This document shows, one piece after another, positions 27,484 to 32,000 of a stretch of DNA of 32,000 nucleotides (positions within the stretch are counted from its first letter, which is position 1; every line of letters begins with the position of its first letter). A program made the translations under genes and the position numbers. This DNA is from Ferroglobus placidus DSM 10642 (GTDB lineage Archaea; Halobacteriota; Archaeoglobi; Archaeoglobales; Archaeoglobaceae): the NCBI RefSeq assembly GCF_000025505.1, contig NC_013849.1, forward strand, positions 960,001 to 992,000, read 5' to 3'. Below the pieces are notes generated by a model that was not told the origin of the DNA, did no database searches, and saw only the letters and a list, made by a program, of their open reading frames with translations.

Positions 27484-29789
27484 GGAAAGTGGAAGAAGTT
27501 GAGAAGTTCATAGCTATTGAAAAAGCGAGGAAGCTGCCAAAAAGGCTTGACAAAATCGTAAAACTGGCAGCAATACTCATAGGTATCTACGAAATACTTT
27601 TCATTTTCAACTTCACATACTCGATATACGGGCTTTTCGAAAAAATAGGGTTAAAACTCTTCTTTCTAAGACTCGATTTTCAAGATAAGCAAGGAGAAGC
27701 TTTCGTTTTAGCAATGATCCTCGTTATAGCCTTTCTACTCTATCCCGTAAGGAATAAGGAAAAGTACTTCAAAAAAGTTCAGCTTTACGATTACTTTTTG
27801 ATTGCTTTAAGCTTGCTCAGCATGTTCTACATGTTTTTAAGATTCCCAGAATACACTCAATCTTACGACGTGACTTTTTATGATGTCATTTTCGGATTGA
27901 TCGCTATTTTCGTCGTTCTTGAAGCTACAAGAAGAACTGTGGGCTGGATTCTTCCGGCTATAGTTCTCGTTTTCCTCGCCTACGGAATCCAAGACACTCG
28001 ATTCAACTGGAATAGGTTCGTTCAGTACTTATACTTGGATCAGGGCATCTTTGGAATTCCCTTCTACGTTATGACTATTTACGTCTTCGCTTTCGTCTTT
28101 TTCGGAGCTTTTCTTTTGAGAATTGGCGTGAGCGATTACGTAACAAAATTTATGATATCTCTTTTCGGTCCCAGAGAAGGAGGGCCTGCTAAAGCAGCGG
28201 TCGTTTCGAGCGGTTTGATGGGGACTGTTAGCGGAAGCTCCGTCGCAAACGTTCTGACAACTGGAACCTTCACGATACCTCTGATGAAAAAAGCCGGTTA
28301 TCCTCCGGAAACTGCTGGAGCAGTTGAGCCAGTTGCATCTACGGGAGGACAGCTAATGCCTCCGATAATGGGGGCAGCAGCCTTTATCATGGCTCAGTTT
28401 CTCGGAATCCCCTACAACAAGCTGATAATTGCCGCCGTCTTACCGGCATTGATTTACTACGCTGGAGTCTATATATTCATCGACCTCGAAACGAAGAGGC
28501 TCGGTTTGAAAGGACTGTCGAGGGAGTATTTTACGCCCCTCCACTACTTTTTAAGGAAGATATACATTCTCCTTCCAATAGGTGTTATTACTCTCGCCCT
28601 CGTATGGGGCATAGCCCCTCACATAGCTGCCATCTCCTCTCTTGGAATTGCAATTTGGGTTGCATGGATTTCCAAAGATGAAATCCCCGGAGACGAAAGA
28701 ATTTACGTCGCTTTTATTCTGCTGACAACGATTTTGATGTTCTCGGGTAGAGAGCTATCGTTTATCTCCGCTCCCTTTTTAATTTTCCTCGCCTCCCTTC
28801 TTCTATTTTTTGGCTTTCTCAGAAAGGTTGAGTTTAACGAAAAATTCTACATAAGCATTCTCTTCATTCTTTTCGCAGCATTTTGCAAGTTTCTCGGAAT
28901 AAGGAAAGAGGAAATCCTCCTAATGAGCGGTGTTTTCGGGATAATATTCTCTCTTATTGTCGGGAAAGTTTCGAAAAGTGAAGAAGGAAAGAAAATGTTC
29001 TCCGCTACCTACGATTCGATGATCGATGCTGGAAAAACGAGCACAAGCGTTATGCTCGCAGCAGCCTCAGCAGGATTGATTCAGGGAGTTTTGACGATGA
29101 CTGGATTGGTTACGAGTCTCGGCTACAAGCTTATAGATTTAACCGGAGGATATCTGGCTTTGCTTCTCGTGATGGCTATGGTCTTCAGCCTCATTCTCGG
29201 AATGGGTGTCCCAACTACAGCAAACTACGTCATAACGTCTCTCGTAGCAGCTCCAGCCGTTTTCAACGCTGTGGCTGGAAACAGCATCTACGAAGCTCTC
29301 GTCCCCGGCACAACAACAGCCACAGCTCTGCTTGCAGCCCACTTCTTCGTCTTCTACTTCGGAATACTCGCAGACTTGACGCCGCCGGTCGCTTTAGCAG
29401 CCTACGCCGGTTCAGCTTTAGCTAAAAGTGACTTTTGGAAAACCGCAAGGAATTCCGTCAAGTACGCTTTAGCCGGCTACATCGGACCTTACATCTACTT
29501 TACTCATCCCGAGATGTTCATTATAACCGTCCAGAACTGGGATTTGTATATGGTGGCAAAGCTCCTCTACTACTTCTTCGCAAGCGTTTTCGTAATGTAT
29601 TTGATCGCTGTAGCGATAACCGGCTATTTCGACAAACCTTTGAGGAGAGAAGTTAAAGCTACTTTGCTTTTACTTGGTTTAGCCGGAGCCACCTTGCATT
29701 ACCTGCCGATTCTTCTCGGTATTGCTGCTTTGCTCAGCCTGAAATTGTACAATAAGAAGGTGAGGGGTGATGTCGTTGAGGAGTTTTGA
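27480..29789 (+). CDS. TRAP transporter fused permease (4TM + 12TM)
   Basis: Multi-TM; GLMGTVSGSSVANVLTTGTFTIPLMKKAGYPPETAGAVEPVASTGGQLMPPIMGAAAFIMAQFLGIPY, LGMGVPTTANYVITSLVAAPA. Confidence 0.95.
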   Translation: MRKVEEVEKFIAIEKARKLPKRLDKIVKLAAILIGIYEILFIFNFTYSIYGLFEKIGLKLFFLRLDFQDKQGEAFVLAMILVIAFLLYPVRNKEKYFKKVQLYDYFLIALSLLSMFYMFLRFPEYTQSYDVTFYDVIFGLIAIFVVLEATRRTVGWILPAIVLVFLAYGIQDTRFNWNRFVQYLYLDQGIFGIPFYVMTIYVFAFVFFGAFLLRIGVSDYVTKFMISLFGPREGGPAKAAVVSSGLMGTVSGSSVANVLTTGTFTIPLMKKAGYPPETAGAVEPVASTGGQLMPPIMGAAAFIMAQFLGIPYNKLIIAAVLPALIYYAGVYIFIDLETKRLGLKGLSREYFTPLHYFLRKIYILLPIGVITLALVWGIAPHIAAISSLGIAIWVAWISKDEIPGDERIYVAFILLTTILMFSGRELSFISAPFLIFLASLLLFFGFLRKVEFNEKFYISILFILFAAFCKFLGIRKEEILLMSGVFGIIFSLIVGKVSKSEEGKKMFSATYDSMIDAGKTSTSVMLAAASAGLIQGVLTMTGLVTSLGYKLIDLTGGYLALLLVMAMVFSLILGMGVPTTANYVITSLVAAPAVFNAVAGNSIYEALVPGTTTATALLAAHFFVFYFGILADLTPPVALAAYAGSALAKSDFWKTARNSVKYALAGYIGPYIYFTHPEMFIITVQNWDLYMVAKLLYYFFASVFVMYLIAVAITGYFDKPLRREVKATLLLLGLAGATLHYLPILLGIAALLSLKLYNKKVRGDVVEEF

Positions 29790-31056
29790 GATTTACGAAA
29801 AGGCTTCGAAAATTATTCCGAAAGCTGCTCAAACTGGTTTGAGGGCTGAGACGCACTATCCGCATCCCTTCGTTCCGGAAAGGGCTTTCGGCTGTAAAAT
29901 TGTCGACGTTGATGGAAGAGTTTACACCGACTACCACTTGGCATTCGGTCCGATACTTCTCGGACACAACCACCCCGAAGTAAACGAGGCTGTGAAGGAG
30001 CAAATTGAAGAGGGCGTTTTGTTTGGAGCTGGTGTTTGCGAGCTTGAGGTGGAGGTTGCCGAAAAACTTGTTGAGCTGATTCCTTCAGCTGAGATGGTTA
30101 CCTTTGTTAATTCCGGCACGGAGGCGACGTATCACGCTATAAGGTTGTCGAGGGCTTACACGGAAAGGGAGAAGATAATCAAGTTCGAAGGCTGCTACCA
30201 CGGCTGGCACGATTACGTGGCTTTCAACGTCAATCCACCCAAGGAGAAAATGGGAAGAATTTATCCTCAATCTAGAGGTATACTGAAGGCTGCTTACGAA
30301 ACTACGACCGTTTTGCCCTTCAACGACAAGGAAGCTTTTGAAGAGTACATGGCTGAACACGGAGAAGAGGTCGCTGGAGTCATACTCGAGCCGATCCCCC
30401 ACAGCGTTGGAGCGATAATTCCGAAAAGAGATTTCCTGAAAAGTTTGAGGAAGGAGACGAAAAGCTATGGATCTGTCTTAATCTTCGATGAGATAATAAC
30501 AGCATTCAGACACAACATCCACGGAGTTCAAGAGGAATTCGGAGTAATTCCGGATTTAACCACGATAGGAAAATCTATGGGAAACGGCTATCCAGTAGCG
30601 GCGATAGTGGGGAAAGAGGAGATAATGTCGCTGGTGCATAACGGAGTTCTCGTTTCCGGAACTTACAGCGGTCATCCAGCGTCACTTGCGGCTGTGAAAA
30701 AGACAATAGAAGTTCTCGAAAGGGAGAAAGTTGTAGAATACATTTCCAAGCTTGGAGAGGAATATAGAAAAGCGATTAAAGATGTTATAGAGGATACGGA
30801 AACAAAAGCGAGAGTCGTTGGTTACAAATCAATCTTCGCAATTCAGTTTGCCGAAGGAGAAGTCGTGGACTACTCTTCAGTCGTAGATGTCGACAGAGAG
30901 AAGTTCAAAGCTTTTGCGGCGGAGATGAGAAAAAGAGGTATCTTTTTCACGCCGAATCCTCTCAAAAGGTGTCATCTCTCAGCCAAACATAGCGAAAAAG
31001 AGTTGGAGGAGTTCGTGTCTTCAGCTTTCGAAGTTTTGAGGCGAATTGATGCGTAG
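29770..31056 (+). CDS. Class-III pyridoxal-phosphate aminotransferase, glutamate-1-semialdehyde aminomutase-like
   Basis: NSGTEATYHAIRLSRAYT, GCYHGWHDY, VLIFDEIITAFR, TIGKSMGNGYPVAAIVG. Overlaps the permease stop by 20 nt. Confidence 0.88.
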   Translation: MSLRSFEIYEKASKIIPKAAQTGLRAETHYPHPFVPERAFGCKIVDVDGRVYTDYHLAFGPILLGHNHPEVNEAVKEQIEEGVLFGAGVCELEVEVAEKLVELIPSAEMVTFVNSGTEATYHAIRLSRAYTEREKIIKFEGCYHGWHDYVAFNVNPPKEKMGRIYPQSRGILKAAYETTTVLPFNDKEAFEEYMAEHGEEVAGVILEPIPHSVGAIIPKRDFLKSLRKETKSYGSVLIFDEIITAFRHNIHGVQEEFGVIPDLTTIGKSMGNGYPVAAIVGKEEIMSLVHNGVLVSGTYSGHPASLAAVKKTIEVLEREKVVEYISKLGEEYRKAIKDVIEDTETKARVVGYKSIFAIQFAEGEVVDYSSVVDVDREKFKAFAAEMRKRGIFFTPNPLKRCHLSAKHSEKELEEFVSSAFEVLRRIDA

Positions 31057-31103
31057 CTCTTTCTTAGTTACGTTTTTTAAACCTTCTTCAAAATTTTAGG
31101 GAG

Positions 31104-31859
31104 ATGGAGATAGCCATTCCCTCCTCAATCCTCGAGAACGAAAGCGATGATAAGATAAAGACGTTTAAAGTGGGAATAATCGGGAGGGCTGCAGCCATTT
31201 TCAGAGTCGAGAAGATATACATCTACAAAGATCCGAGTAGAGACGATTCGAATTTCATCTCCGAAATTTTAAGATATATGGAGACTCCGCAGTATCTGAG
31301 GAAGTATCTTTTCCCGAGAAGCGAGAAGCTGAGATATGCTGGAGTTTTACAGCCCCTCCAGATTCCTTCCCATAAGCCGAAACATTTAAAAGTCGGTGAA
31401 ATCAGAGAGGGGGTAATCGTCAAAGTTGCTGACGGCACCGCGTGGGCTGATATAGGAATGAAAGCCCTGGCCCTCTTTCGAGGAAAGGCTCGAAAGGGGG
31501 CCCGCGTGACCGTCAGGGTCTGTTCGACGAATCCGTTGGTAGTAGAAGAGGCGAAGCCCGAGGAGTATTGGGGCTTCAAGGTGGAGAAGTGCAGCTTGAA
31601 AAAGCTGCTGAAAAGGGAAGATGCGGTAGTAACTTCCAAGCTCGGATACCATCCGAGTGTGGATGAGATAAAAAAAGTGAATCTGCTCATATTTGGAAGT
31701 CCGAGTAAAGAGGTAAAGGAGATTGCGGACATACTGGGATTAGAATTCGAAGCTAAGATGTGGAACTTGATTCCGAAGCAAGGAGTGAGAAGTGTGAGGG
31801 TAGAGGAGGCTGTGATTAGCTGTCTTTCCGTAATCAATTTCATTAGGGAGGTGTATTGA
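31104..31859 (+). CDS. Putative SPOUT-class RNA methyltransferase encoded upstream of rpl3
   Basis: [54 protein letters not shown]-terminal [19 protein letters not shown]; position directly before rpl3. Confidence 0.85.
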   Translation: MEIAIPSSILENESDDKIKTFKVGIIGRAAAIFRVEKIYIYKDPSRDDSNFISEILRYMETPQYLRKYLFPRSEKLRYAGVLQPLQIPSHKPKHLKVGEIREGVIVKVADGTAWADIGMKALALFRGKARKGARVTVRVCSTNPLVVEEAKPEEYWGFKVEKCSLKKLLKREDAVVTSKLGYHPSVDEIKKVNLLIFGSPSKEVKEIADILGLEFEAKMWNLIPKQGVRSVRVEEAVISCLSVINFIREVY

Positions 31860-32000
31860 TGAAGTACCACAGACCGAGAAGGGGTTCCCTCGGATTCTCT
31901 CCGAGAAAGAGAGCGAGTAGTATAATCCCGAGAATTAGAAGCTGGCCAGACTGCGATGAACCAAGACTTCTTGGATTTGCCGGCTACAAAGCGGGAATGA
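31859..32000 (+). CDS. rpl3: Ribosomal protein L3 (uL3), N-terminal part; 3' end outside window
   Basis: ATG 31859 overlaps the upstream TGA; translates [47 protein letters not shown]. Confidence 0.93.
   Translation, partial: MKYHRPRRGSLGFSPRKRASSIIPRIRSWPDCDEPRLLGFAGYKAGM

Noticed and set aside
29770-31056. Annotating the class-III aminotransferase simply as hemL
   Set aside because: The family resemblance is clear, but the lysine-motif variation and TRAP context do not support the haem role, so no symbol was assigned.
1-32000. CRISPR array or cas genes
   Set aside because: No regularly spaced direct repeats and no Cas-like proteins were found on reading both strands.

Overview
The window looks like chromosomal DNA from a hyperthermophilic euryarchaeon, probably Archaeoglobales (inferred from protein sequences and gene neighbourhoods; no search was run). 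Housekeeping genes recognised: DNA polymerase D small subunit (5'-truncated), a YedY-like molybdopterin oxidoreductase, UMP kinase, adenylate kinase, a radical SAM protein, hisA-hisB, a ZIP transporter, tRNA-His(GTG), BtpA, a TusA-like / IscS / IscU cluster, tRNA-Gly(TCC), a COG3044-type ATPase, a CBS-domain ClC protein, pgk, alba, asd, an MFS transporter, an NrpR-type repressor, and a TAXI-TRAP transporter operon coupled to a class-III aminotransferase. A SPOUT RNA methyltransferase and the start of ribosomal protein L3 close the window. Between tRNA-His (ends 9339) and about 14.6 kb lies an AT-rich, gene-sparse accessory stretch with a lipoprotein, two orphan genes, an AbrB/PIN toxin-antitoxin-like pair, a metallopeptidase and a pilin-like protein. 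Main points worth a second look: (1) IscS lacks the PLP-binding lysine and sits in a tusA-iscS-iscU cluster with a perfect 7-3-7 palindrome abutting the first start codon; (2) a TRAP operon with a 16-aa coupled leader ORF and an overlapping non-canonical GSA-aminomutase-like gene downstream of NrpR; (3) an unannotated 38-aa ORF directly upstream of hisA; (4) an orphan two-gene cassette; (5) a PIN gene whose real start is probably a TAGTG overlap and which lacks a canonical acidic residue; (6) a possible 5' leader hairpin before the COG3044-type ATPase. No CRISPR array, intact transposase or integrase was seen, and I cannot demonstrate a clearly new defence system.
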